Below are positions 15,857 through 23,519 of a stretch of DNA of 39,677 bases, one piece after another. The position numbers and the translations under genes were made by a program. The notes under the pieces were generated by a model. That model did no database searches. It was not told the DNA's origin and worked only from the letters and a program-made list of their open reading frames with translations. The stretch is taken from positions 1 through 39,677 of the forward strand of contig JAGWAK010000003.1 of assembly GCA_021296435.1 (NCBI GenBank), given 5' to 3'. This DNA is from Acidimicrobiia bacterium (GTDB lineage: Bacteria > Actinomycetota > Acidimicrobiia > Acidimicrobiales > CATQHL01). The stretch's first letter is position 1. Each line of letters begins with the position of its first letter.

Positions 15857-15931
15857 TGGGCGCTGGCGGACTCGAACCGCCGACCTCTTCCTTGTAAGGG
15901 AAGTGCTCTGGACCAACTGAGCTAAGCGCCC
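15857..15931 (-). tRNA. tRNA-Val (anticodon TAC)
   Basis: The reverse complement folds as a cloverleaf: acceptor GGGCGCT/AGCGCCC, D-arm GCTCAGTTGGTCCAGAGC, anticodon arm CTTCC-CTTACAA-GGAAG, T-arm GGCGGTTCGAGTCCGCC. CCA is not encoded. Confidence 0.9.
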
Positions 15932-15942
15932 GGAACCGCAGA

Positions 15943-16686
15943 CTATCCATCGCACGCCTCGCGCAAATCGGCCAGCAGGCTCCCGGTGGCCGCCGCCAGC
16001 AACCTCCGGCGAGCCGTCGCGTCGGTCGTCGTGAGTTCTCTGCTGGTGGCGTCGACGACCTGTGCACCTGCCTCCCGGCACACCAGCATCGCTCCGAGGT
16101 AATCCCAGGGTCCGTGCGAGTGACAGTCCACGAAACCGTCGAGGCGACCGTCAGCCACCGCGCACAGATCCAACGCGGCCGCGCCGAGTGCCCGGTACTG
16201 GCGCCAGCGCAGGTGCCGGGACGGGTAGCCGGAGAGGCCGATGATCGCCTCGGACAGACTGCCGACCGACGAGGGCCGGACCGGCCGGCCGTCCCGGTGG
16301 GCCCCGCCGCCGCGGATCGCGCTATAACGCTCACCGGAGGCGAGGTTCACCACCAGCGCAGCAAGGGCCCCCCGGTCGTCCACCGCGCAGAAGCTCGTGG
16401 CGTACCAGGGGATGCCCTGCGCCGCGTTGGTGGATCCGTCGAGGGGGTCGAGCACCACGATCACGGGGCGATCGGTGCTCTGCAGCCCGGACTCCTCGCT
16501 GCAGACCCCGACTCCGGCCTCCAGCAGCGCGCGGGTCGCCACCTCGTCGGCGCGGATGTCCGAGCGGTGCTGGCCGGGCCGGGTTCCTGCCGGTCCCCAG
16601 TCCGCCAACGACGCCAAGGCATCGCTCACGGCGCGGGCGGTCTCCCCGAACAGCGATAGCAGGTCCTCCGGCGCGATGGCTGCCAC
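15943..16686 (-). CDS. Inositol monophosphatase family protein (SuhB/ImpA/HisN-like)
   Basis: VVLDPLDGSTNA and WDYLGAMLVCREAG motifs. GTG at 16686 is preceded by GGAGG. The longest ORF extends to 16821. Confidence 0.83.
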   Translation of the reverse strand: MAAIAPEDLLSLFGETARAVSDALASLADWGPAGTRPGQHRSDIRADEVATRALLEAGVGVCSEESGLQSTDRPVIVVLDPLDGSTNAAQGIPWYATSFCAVDDRGALAALVVNLASGERYSAIRGGGAHRDGRPVRPSSVGSLSEAIIGLSGYPSRHLRWRQYRALGAAALDLCAVADGRLDGFVDCHSHGPWDYLGAMLVCREAGAQVVDATSRELTTTDATARRRLLAAATGSLLADLREACDG

Positions 16687-16780
16687 GCTAGGCCGCCTCC
16701 GGGCACTCGGGCACCCAGCACCGACAGGTAGGGTGGTCCCGCCCCAGTGCCAGCGAGTCCACACGCCGAGGAGCCGTAAA

Positions 16781-17344
16781 TTGTCCGTCGTCGACTTTCC
16801 CGGTTTCGTCACCGACCTCAAGTTCCATGCGGCCGACGGGGGGTTCCACTACCACGAGGATCACCACTGCATCGACATAACCACCGGTCGCCAGTGGTGG
16901 GAGATCCACCTCCACCCGGACTACGACTGCGATGGGCCCCTGGAGTTGCACATCGTCGCCGACCTGGACCCGCGGGTGCAGATCGCCTTCGAGGACGAGG
17001 TGAACAAACTGCCCGAGGACGCCGAGTGGCCCGAGGAAGGCTTCGATCACCTGCTGCGCCTCCACTGCCGGCTGCCGCCGCTACCCAACAGCCCAAACCT
17101 GCTGGAGTTGGCCACCGAACTCTCCGCCATCGGCGGCACGGCACTTCCCCTGCACGTCTGGGCGGCGGACACCATCGCCACTGTCACCGACGACGTCGCC
17201 AGGTCGGTGCACGTGGAATCGGAGCGGGCAGTACCGCTGGCTCATCTGGTCGGCGAGCACGACTTCCTCGACGAGATGTTCGGCCTGATCGGGACCGTCA
17301 CCCGCTATCTCCATGATCGGGCGCCCGCCTGGTTGGGCGAGTGA
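16781..17344 (+). CDS. Hypothetical acidic protein with a His/Cys/Asp-rich N-terminal segment
   Basis: TTG at 16781 lies 7 nt after GAGGAG (16768-16773). 187 aa with protein-like composition (FHAADGGFHYHEDHHCIDITTGRQWWEIHLHPDYDCDG...). No family recognised. Confidence 0.55.
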   Translation: MSVVDFPGFVTDLKFHAADGGFHYHEDHHCIDITTGRQWWEIHLHPDYDCDGPLELHIVADLDPRVQIAFEDEVNKLPEDAEWPEEGFDHLLRLHCRLPPLPNSPNLLELATELSAIGGTALPLHVWAADTIATVTDDVARSVHVESERAVPLAHLVGEHDFLDEMFGLIGTVTRYLHDRAPAWLGE

Positions 17345-17390
17345 CCCGCCGCGGCGCGGTTGCGGAGGCCCGGATCGGTACCTCGGGGCG

Positions 17391-17463
17391 TGGGCTCGGT
17401 GGGGATCGAACCCACGACCAAACGATTATGAGTCGTCTGCTCTGACCACTGAGCTACGAGCCC
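17391..17463 (-). tRNA. tRNA with CAT anticodon (elongator Met, or an Ile2 lysidine-type tRNA)
   Basis: The reverse complement is GGGCTCGTAGCTCAGTGGTCAGAGCAGACGACTCATAATCGTTTGGTCGTGGGTTCGATCCCCACCGAGCCCA. The 1:72 position is a G-C pair and the anticodon stem lacks a triple G-C, so it is not an initiator. Confidence 0.88.
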
Positions 17464-17548
17464 GGCGACAACCTAGCCCCCCGGTCGCAGCACGCCCTAC
17501 CGTCGTCGCGGCGCTGTCACGGTGGTGCTGTGACGGCGGCCTCGCAAG

Positions 17549-17621
17549 CTCCGGGGGTGGGGCTCGAACCCACGACAAACGGCTTAACAGGCCGGCGCTC
17601 TGCCAACTGAGCTACCCCGGA
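17549..17621 (-). tRNA. tRNA-Asn (anticodon GTT)
   Basis: The reverse complement is TCCGGGGTAGCTCAGTTGGCAGAGCGCCGGCCTGTTAAGCCGTTTGTCGTGGGTTCGAGCCCCACCCCGGA plus a discriminator base. Cloverleaf with anticodon loop CTGTTAA. Confidence 0.9.
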
Positions 17622-17650
17622 TCGGGTTCCCACGATACCAGCGGGACAAC

Positions 17651-18577
17651 TCAGGATTCTCGCATGAGTTCCCGGAGTTCGTCCCCCAGACCGCTGCGCC
17701 GCAGCCGGGCAAGCGTGCGCGATTCGATCAGGCGGAGGCGCTCCTTCGTGACACCGAACTGGCTGCTCAGTTCGGCCAGCGTTCTGATGCGACCATCGAC
17801 GAGCCCGAAGCGCAGGCGCAAGAGCCGCCGCACCCGTTCATCGTCCACCGCGGCGAGCGCCTCCTCGGCCGCCTCGCGCACCGCAGCACTGTGCAGTCGC
17901 CCGATGACCACGTCGTCGGGACCGGAGTCCGGGCCGTCGGTGAGCAACTCCGCCAGCGACGTGTCCTCGCCGACCGGCGAGGACAGCGAGACGGGCGAGG
18001 CGCGCAACTCGCGCACCTGTGCCACCTGATCCTCGGAGATGTCGCAGTAGCGCGCCAGTTCGGCCAGCGTGGGCGCCCGATGATTCTCCTGCTCGAACGC
18101 CTGCTCGGCGCGGTAGATCTGCGTCGCCGCGGCCGCCAGGTGGGACGGCATGCGCACCACCGCCGCCTGGTTCTTGATGGCACCGAGCATGGCGCTGCGA
18201 ATCCAGGATCCCGCGTAGGTCGAGAATCGCCAGCCCTTTTCCGGGCGGAATCTGGTGACCGCCGCCATGAGCCCCACGTTGCCCTCCTGCACCAGGTCGG
18301 CGAACGGGACTCCTCGCCCCTGGTAGCCCCTGGCGAGGTAGACGACGAGGCGCAGGTTCGCCTCGGTCAGCCGGCGCCGTGCCGCCTCGCCCTCGCGCAC
18401 CCGCCGCCGGAGATCATTGCGGCACCCCACCTCCGGCTCATCGCCCCCATCGCCGTCCAGGATCGCCTGCGCCGCCAGCCCGTCCTGCACCTTGCGGCCC
18501 AGGGCGCACTCCTCCTCGGCGCTCAACTGCGCCATGCGGCCGATGCCGCTGAGGTAGGTGGTGAAGCCCTCGGTCAT
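17651..18577 (-). CDS. RNA polymerase sigma-70 family factor (RpoD/SigB-like, regions 1.2-4, no long region 1.1)
   Basis: YLSGIGRMAQLSAEEE (region 1.2), LVQEGNVGLMAAVTRFRPEKGWRFSTYAGSWIRSA (region 2), and TLAELSSQFGVTKERLRLIESRTLARLR (region 4.2). The ATG overlaps the dnaG stop (ATGA). Confidence 0.88.
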   Translation of the reverse strand: MTEGFTTYLSGIGRMAQLSAEEECALGRKVQDGLAAQAILDGDGGDEPEVGCRNDLRRRVREGEAARRRLTEANLRLVVYLARGYQGRGVPFADLVQEGNVGLMAAVTRFRPEKGWRFSTYAGSWIRSAMLGAIKNQAAVVRMPSHLAAAATQIYRAEQAFEQENHRAPTLAELARYCDISEDQVAQVRELRASPVSLSSPVGEDTSLAELLTDGPDSGPDDVVIGRLHSAAVREAAEEALAAVDDERVRRLLRLRFGLVDGRIRTLAELSSQFGVTKERLRLIESRTLARLRRSGLGDELRELMRES

Positions 18578-20367
18578 CGCCGCGGATCCTCGCCGGCGGG
18601 CGACTCCTCGGCGAGCTGCAGAACCAGCCGCTCGGCAACTTCGAGGGACCAGTTCTGGGTTCGCATCTCGGCGCAGGCGAGCTGCACCTCCGCCAAGCGG
18701 CGCCCGAGACCCGCGTCGCCGGTCGTCCGGGCCGTCCGTGTGACCTCGGTGATCCAGCGTGAGGCGACGTTGAAGACGAAGCGGCCGATCACCTGCTCGG
18801 CATGCTCGGGTGCTTCTCGCACCGAGAGCCGCGCCAGCGCCGTGGCGGCCTCACCCTCGGCGACCTCGGTCAACTGCACCAGTGGCGTGCCGTCGGCCAG
18901 GAGGCCGAAGATCCTTCCGTGGAGTTCGGAGGCGAAGAGTCCCGGGGTGATCCACGCCGGCAACTGCTCGGGGGTGTGCATGCGCAGCAGCAGGATCTGC
19001 TCCTCGATGCTCGGCTCGGAGGGTAGCGACGAACCCGCCGCCGGTGCCCCACCCCCGCCGTCGGGACCGCGCTGCCGCCGCACCCGCGCCACTTCCTCGC
19101 GGAGACCGTCCGGGGGCAGGCGACAGCGGTCGGCCACCGCCATGAGGTACTGGTCCCGGACGATCGTGCTCGGGTGCTCGTCGATCACCGCCAGCGCCGC
19201 GTCGGCCGCGCGCACCCGACCCTCGGTGGTGTTCATGTTGCCCCGCCCCAGCGCCCGATCGATCCGGTAGGCCAGGAAGGGGCGCGCCTCGGCCACCCGC
19301 TCCCGCAGGTCCTCGGCGTCGCGGCGGGCCAGGTCGTCGGGATCGCTGCCCGCCGGCAGGTCCGCCACGTACACGTCCAGCTGATGGGCGCTCTCCCACT
19401 GGTAGATCCGCTCGGCCGCGGCGGAACCCGCCGCGTCGGCGTCGAAGGCCAGCACGATCCGCTTGGTGAAGCGGGCGAGAGTCTTGACGTGATCCTCGGT
19501 GAGCGAGGTGCCGCAGGTGGCGACCGCTTGCGGCAGTTCGGCGGCGTGCAGCCCGATCACGTCGGTGTATCCCTCGCAGACGATCACCTCGCCGGCACGC
19601 ACCATGGCCTCCTTCGCCCAGTTGAGACCGTAGAGCAGACGGCTCTTGGCGTACAGCGACGACTCCGGGCTGTTCTTGTACTTGGGTCCCGAGCGTTCAC
19701 CGGCATCCGGCAGGATCCGACCGCCGAAACCAACCGGGTCGCCGCGCACGTCGAAGACCGGGAACAGCACGCGGCCGCGGAAGTTGTCGATGAGCCCACC
19801 GCGGGAGCTCACCACGGCCAGCCCCGTCTCGGTCAGGTGCTCCGCAGAGGCCTTCGACCGCAGCGCTGCGCAGAACGCGTCCCACTCCGTCGGCGCCCAA
19901 CCCACCTTGAAGCTTCGCACCTCATCGCCGGTGAGGCCGCGAGAACGCAGGTAGCCGCGCGCCGCCCCGGCGTCCGGATGATGCAGCAGCCGCTCGTGGT
20001 ACCACTCCACCGCCGTCGCCACCACCTCGGCCAACTTCTTGCGCCGCCCGCTCTGCGCCGCCTCCCCCTTGTTGTCGTAGCGGAGGGGGATGCCGGCCCG
20101 GGCGGCCAGCATCTCCACGCTGGCGGCGAAGTCGAGCCCTTCGGTCTGGCGCACGAAGGTGATGGCGTCGCCCGAGGCGCGGCAGCCGAAGCAGTAGTAG
20201 AGCCCCTCCTCGGCGTTCACCGAGAACGACGGCGTCTTCTCGGAGTGGAAGGGGCAGAGGCCCTGCCAGCGCCGCCCCGACTTGCGCAGCGCCACCGTGT
20301 TGCTGATGAGGCCGACGATGTCGGTGGCCTCGCGGACGCGGGCCACGTCCTCGGCCAGGATTCCCAC
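18574..20367 (-). CDS. dnaG: DNA primase
   Basis: Zinc finger CPFHSEKTPSFSVN...YYCFGCRASGD and TOPRIM EGYTDVI...AFDADAAG. GTG at 20367 lies 6 nt after GGAGG. Confidence 0.95.
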   Translation of the reverse strand: MGILAEDVARVREATDIVGLISNTVALRKSGRRWQGLCPFHSEKTPSFSVNAEEGLYYCFGCRASGDAITFVRQTEGLDFAASVEMLAARAGIPLRYDNKGEAAQSGRRKKLAEVVATAVEWYHERLLHHPDAGAARGYLRSRGLTGDEVRSFKVGWAPTEWDAFCAALRSKASAEHLTETGLAVVSSRGGLIDNFRGRVLFPVFDVRGDPVGFGGRILPDAGERSGPKYKNSPESSLYAKSRLLYGLNWAKEAMVRAGEVIVCEGYTDVIGLHAAELPQAVATCGTSLTEDHVKTLARFTKRIVLAFDADAAGSAAAERIYQWESAHQLDVYVADLPAGSDPDDLARRDAEDLRERVAEARPFLAYRIDRALGRGNMNTTEGRVRAADAALAVIDEHPSTIVRDQYLMAVADRCRLPPDGLREEVARVRRQRGPDGGGGAPAAGSSLPSEPSIEEQILLLRMHTPEQLPAWITPGLFASELHGRIFGLLADGTPLVQLTEVAEGEAATALARLSVREAPEHAEQVIGRFVFNVASRWITEVTRTARTTGDAGLGRRLAEVQLACAEMRTQNWSLEVAERLVLQLAEESPAGEDPRR

Positions 20368-20510
20368 GTTCAGCCTCCGCCGGCGCTCGGACCTGCGGCA
20401 ACGGTGGCGTGCGGCAGGCGGGAGAGGGTCATGCCGGCAAGTTACCAGCCGTCATTTTCCCCGGGGCAGGGTCGCCTGCGCGCCGCGCCGCTGCCGGCGG
20501 CGCCCCGGAC

Positions 20511-21884
20511 TCAGCGGGCAAGCCGTTCGTGCAGGTATCCCACCAGGTCATCGATCACCAGACGATCCTGAGCCATCGAGTCCCGCTCGCGCACGGTCAC
20601 CGCCCCGTCCTCCAACGTCTCGAAGTCCACTGTCACGCAGTAGGGGGTGCCCAGTTCGTCCTGGCGGCGGTAGCGGCGGCCGATGGACTGCGTCACGTCG
20701 AAGTCCACCATCCAGTGCGGCATCAGCCTGCCCAGCACCTCGCTGGCCCGTTCGGTGAGGTGCTCCTTGCGCGAGAGCGGCAGCACCGCCACCTGGTAGG
20801 GGGCGAGGCGAGGGTGCAGGCGCAGCACGGTCCGGGTCTCGCCGCGCACTTCCTCGGTGTGGTAGGCGGCCAGCAGGAAGGCCATCATGGCCCTCGTGGC
20901 CCCGGCCGCCGGTTCGATCACGTGGGGCACGTAGCGCTCGTCGGCGGCGGGGTCGAAGTACTCCAGCTTCTCGCCGGAGTGCTCGGCGTGGCGCCGGAGG
21001 TCGTAGTCGGTCCGGTTCGCCACGCCCTCCAGTTCGCCCCAGCCCCAGGGATAGCGGAACTCCACGTCGGAGGTGGCGTCGGAGTAGTGGCTGCGCTCGT
21101 CGGGGCCGTGGGGGCGCAGCCGCAGCAGGTCCTCGGGAATGCCCAGATCCACGTACCAGCGCAGCCGCTCGGCGCACCAGTACTCGAACCAGCGGGAGGC
21201 CTCCGCAGGAGGTACGAAGAACTCCAACTCCATCTGCTCGAACTCCCGCGTGCGGAAGATGAAGTTGCCGGGGGTTATCTCGTTGCGGAACGACTTGCCG
21301 ATCTGGGCGATGCCGAAGGGGGGTCGCAGCCGGGACGCTCGCTGCACGTTACCGAAGTTCACGAACATGCCCTGGGCGGTCTCGGGCCGCAGGTAGACCT
21401 CGGCGCCGGTCTCGACCACCGGTCCGGCATGGGTGCGGAACATGAGGTTGAACTGGCGGGGCTCGCTGAGGGTCCCCTGTGAGCCGCAGTCGGGGCAGCG
21501 TTCAGGATCCTCGAGTTGGTCCTCCCGGTGGCGGCGCCCGCACTCGCGGCACTCCACCAGCGGATCGGTGAAGCTCTCCAGGTGGCCCGACGCCTCCCAG
21601 ACCGCCGGCGGCGAGAGGATGGCGGCGTCGATCCCCACCACGTCCGGGCGCAGCTGCACCATGGCGCGCCACCAGGCCTCCTTCACGTTGCGCAGCATGA
21701 GGGCGCCGACCGGCCCGTAGTCGTAGGTGGACCGGAAGCCTCCGTAGATCTCCGCCGACTGGAAGACGAAGCCGCGCCGCTTGCACAGGTTCACGACGGC
21801 GTCGAGGCGCTCGCCGTTCTGCTCGGGGGCGAGGTCGCCCGCCGGGGTGTCCCCGGTGGATGCGGAAGGGGCTGTCTCGACCAC
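20511..21884 (-). CDS. glyQS: Glycine--tRNA ligase (dimeric class II type)
   Basis: 457 aa. NLCKRRGFVFQSAEIYGG, FRNEITPGNFIFRTREFEQMELEFF, and a C-terminal anticodon-binding domain. Confidence 0.93.
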   Translation of the reverse strand: MVETAPSASTGDTPAGDLAPEQNGERLDAVVNLCKRRGFVFQSAEIYGGFRSTYDYGPVGALMLRNVKEAWWRAMVQLRPDVVGIDAAILSPPAVWEASGHLESFTDPLVECRECGRRHREDQLEDPERCPDCGSQGTLSEPRQFNLMFRTHAGPVVETGAEVYLRPETAQGMFVNFGNVQRASRLRPPFGIAQIGKSFRNEITPGNFIFRTREFEQMELEFFVPPAEASRWFEYWCAERLRWYVDLGIPEDLLRLRPHGPDERSHYSDATSDVEFRYPWGWGELEGVANRTDYDLRRHAEHSGEKLEYFDPAADERYVPHVIEPAAGATRAMMAFLLAAYHTEEVRGETRTVLRLHPRLAPYQVAVLPLSRKEHLTERASEVLGRLMPHWMVDFDVTQSIGRRYRRQDELGTPYCVTVDFETLEDGAVTVRERDSMAQDRLVIDDLVGYLHERLAR

Positions 21885-21893
21885 GCCCGCAGG

Positions 21894-22697
21894 CTACCGG
21901 TGGGTGCGACGCCCCCTCGCCTCCCCACCGCGGTCCCCCGCGGCGCCGACGGGTCCGAGCAGGGGCGGCACGCGCAGACGTCGCTCGGTGTGCTGCTCCA
22001 GCACCGCCACGCCGAGTCGCTCCACGGCGTCGGCCGCCGCCGCCGGTGGCCGCGCCAGCGCCTCCGCCAGACGCCCCCCGAGGATCTCCTGCAGAACCGC
22101 GACGGTCTCGGCGTCGACTGCCAGCGCCGCCGGTGGCCGGCACCTCCGGCAGGTCAGGCCGCCGTGGGCGATGTCGAGGGCGACGAGCTCGGCAACCGCG
22201 CCACAGTGCACGCAGCCCTCGACGTCGGGCGCCACTCCTTCGACTTGCGCCACGCGCCACAAGAATGCGCCGACGCTGAGCGGCGACGGATGGGTCACCA
22301 GCGATTGCAGCCCGCGCCGCAGCCTGTCATAGAGGTCGGGCGCCGGCGTCCGCTCGAGGGTCAGACGGTCGACGGCTTCCAGCATCGCCATCGCCCGGCC
22401 CAGGAGCAGCAAATCCTCCCGCAGAGCGGTGAGCTGCTCCACGTCCCCCGCACTGTCCGCACCGGTGATGGTGTCGAGCTCTCCCCGTCCCCGCCACAGC
22501 GAGATGTCGACGAGACTCGCCGGCTCCAGACGCGCCCCGAATTTGCTGCGGGTGCGGCGAACGCCCTTCGCCACACCGCGGATCTTCCCGTGATCCCGCC
22601 CCAGCAGGACGATGATGCGATCCGCTTCTCCAAGCCGGTAGGTCCGCAGCACCACCGCCCGATCCCGATACGGGCCCGTCCAGTCGGGCGCGCTCAC
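21894..22697 (-). CDS. recO: DNA repair protein RecO
   Basis: AVVLRTYRLGEADRIIVLLGRDHGKIRGVAKGVRR N-terminal OB fold and the zinc motif CVHCG...CRRC. Confidence 0.88.
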   Translation of the reverse strand: MSAPDWTGPYRDRAVVLRTYRLGEADRIIVLLGRDHGKIRGVAKGVRRTRSKFGARLEPASLVDISLWRGRGELDTITGADSAGDVEQLTALREDLLLLGRAMAMLEAVDRLTLERTPAPDLYDRLRRGLQSLVTHPSPLSVGAFLWRVAQVEGVAPDVEGCVHCGAVAELVALDIAHGGLTCRRCRPPAALAVDAETVAVLQEILGGRLAEALARPPAAAADAVERLGVAVLEQHTERRLRVPPLLGPVGAAGDRGGEARGRRTHR

Positions 22698-22731
22698 CGG
22701 TACCCCTGTGGAGGCCGGACCCGGCGGCCGC

Positions 22732-23451
22732 TCACCTGTCCAGCCCCCCGAAGCGGCGCTCGCGTCGCTGGTACTCGGCGACCGCCTCGAACAGGTGGGT
22801 CCGGCTGAAGTCGGGCCAGAGCACGTCCAGGAAGACCATCTCGCTGTAGGCCACCTGCCAGAGCAGGAAGTTGGAGAGTCGATGCTCGCCGGAGGTCCGG
22901 ATCACCATGTCCGGGTCGGGCATGTCGGAGGTGGCGAGATTGGCGCGGATGGTGTGCTCAGTGATCTTGTCGGGCCGCGTTCCTGAGGCGACGATCCTGC
23001 GCACCGCCTCGGTCAGCTCCGCCCGAGCGCCGTAGTTGAACGCCACCGTCAGGGTTAGTCGCTTGTTGGCGGCAGTGAGCTCGGCCGCCGCATCCATCTC
23101 GGCCAGCAGGCTGCGGGCGAGGCGGCGGTCGCGCCCGCCGATGAACCGAAGCCGCACGCCGCGCTCGTGCATCTCGTCGCGCCGCGCCGCCAGGATCGAC
23201 CGGTTGAAATCCAGCAGGAAGCGCACCTCGTCGCGCGGGCGGGTCCAGTTCTCCGTCGAGAAGGCGTAGACGGTCAACCACTGCACACCGATCTCCAACG
23301 CCCCGTCGACAGTGTCGAACAGGGCGTCGAGCCCGGCCTCGTGTCCGGCGGTGCGCGGCAGCCCGCGCCGCGCCGCCCAGCGTCCGTTGCCGTCCATGAC
23401 GCACGCCACATGCGCCGGGACGGCGGAGAGATCAACACCCGAAACGCTCAT
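22732..23451 (-). CDS. uppS: Isoprenyl transferase (cis-prenyl/undecaprenyl-diphosphate synthase family)
   Basis: HVACVMDGNGRWA, YAFSTENW, and RTSGEHRLSNFLLWQVAYSE. ATG at 23451; the longest ORF runs to 23535. Confidence 0.9.
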   Translation of the reverse strand: MSVSGVDLSAVPAHVACVMDGNGRWAARRGLPRTAGHEAGLDALFDTVDGALEIGVQWLTVYAFSTENWTRPRDEVRFLLDFNRSILAARRDEMHERGVRLRFIGGRDRRLARSLLAEMDAAAELTAANKRLTLTVAFNYGARAELTEAVRRIVASGTRPDKITEHTIRANLATSDMPDPDMVIRTSGEHRLSNFLLWQVAYSEMVFLDVLWPDFSRTHLFEAVAEYQRRERRFGGLDR

Positions 23452-23519
23452 GTGACACCTGTTGGGCAAGTCGGCAAAGCGCCGTTCTTCAACGTCATTT
23501 GTAGCAGTACCCGCACCGG

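Noticed and set aside
15435-16334. 299-aa minus-strand ORF
   Set aside because: It reads straight through tRNA-Val and, out of frame, through the IMPase gene. Composition is junk.
17313-18029. 238-aa plus-strand ORF
   Set aside because: It spans both tRNA genes and is antisense to the sigma factor gene.
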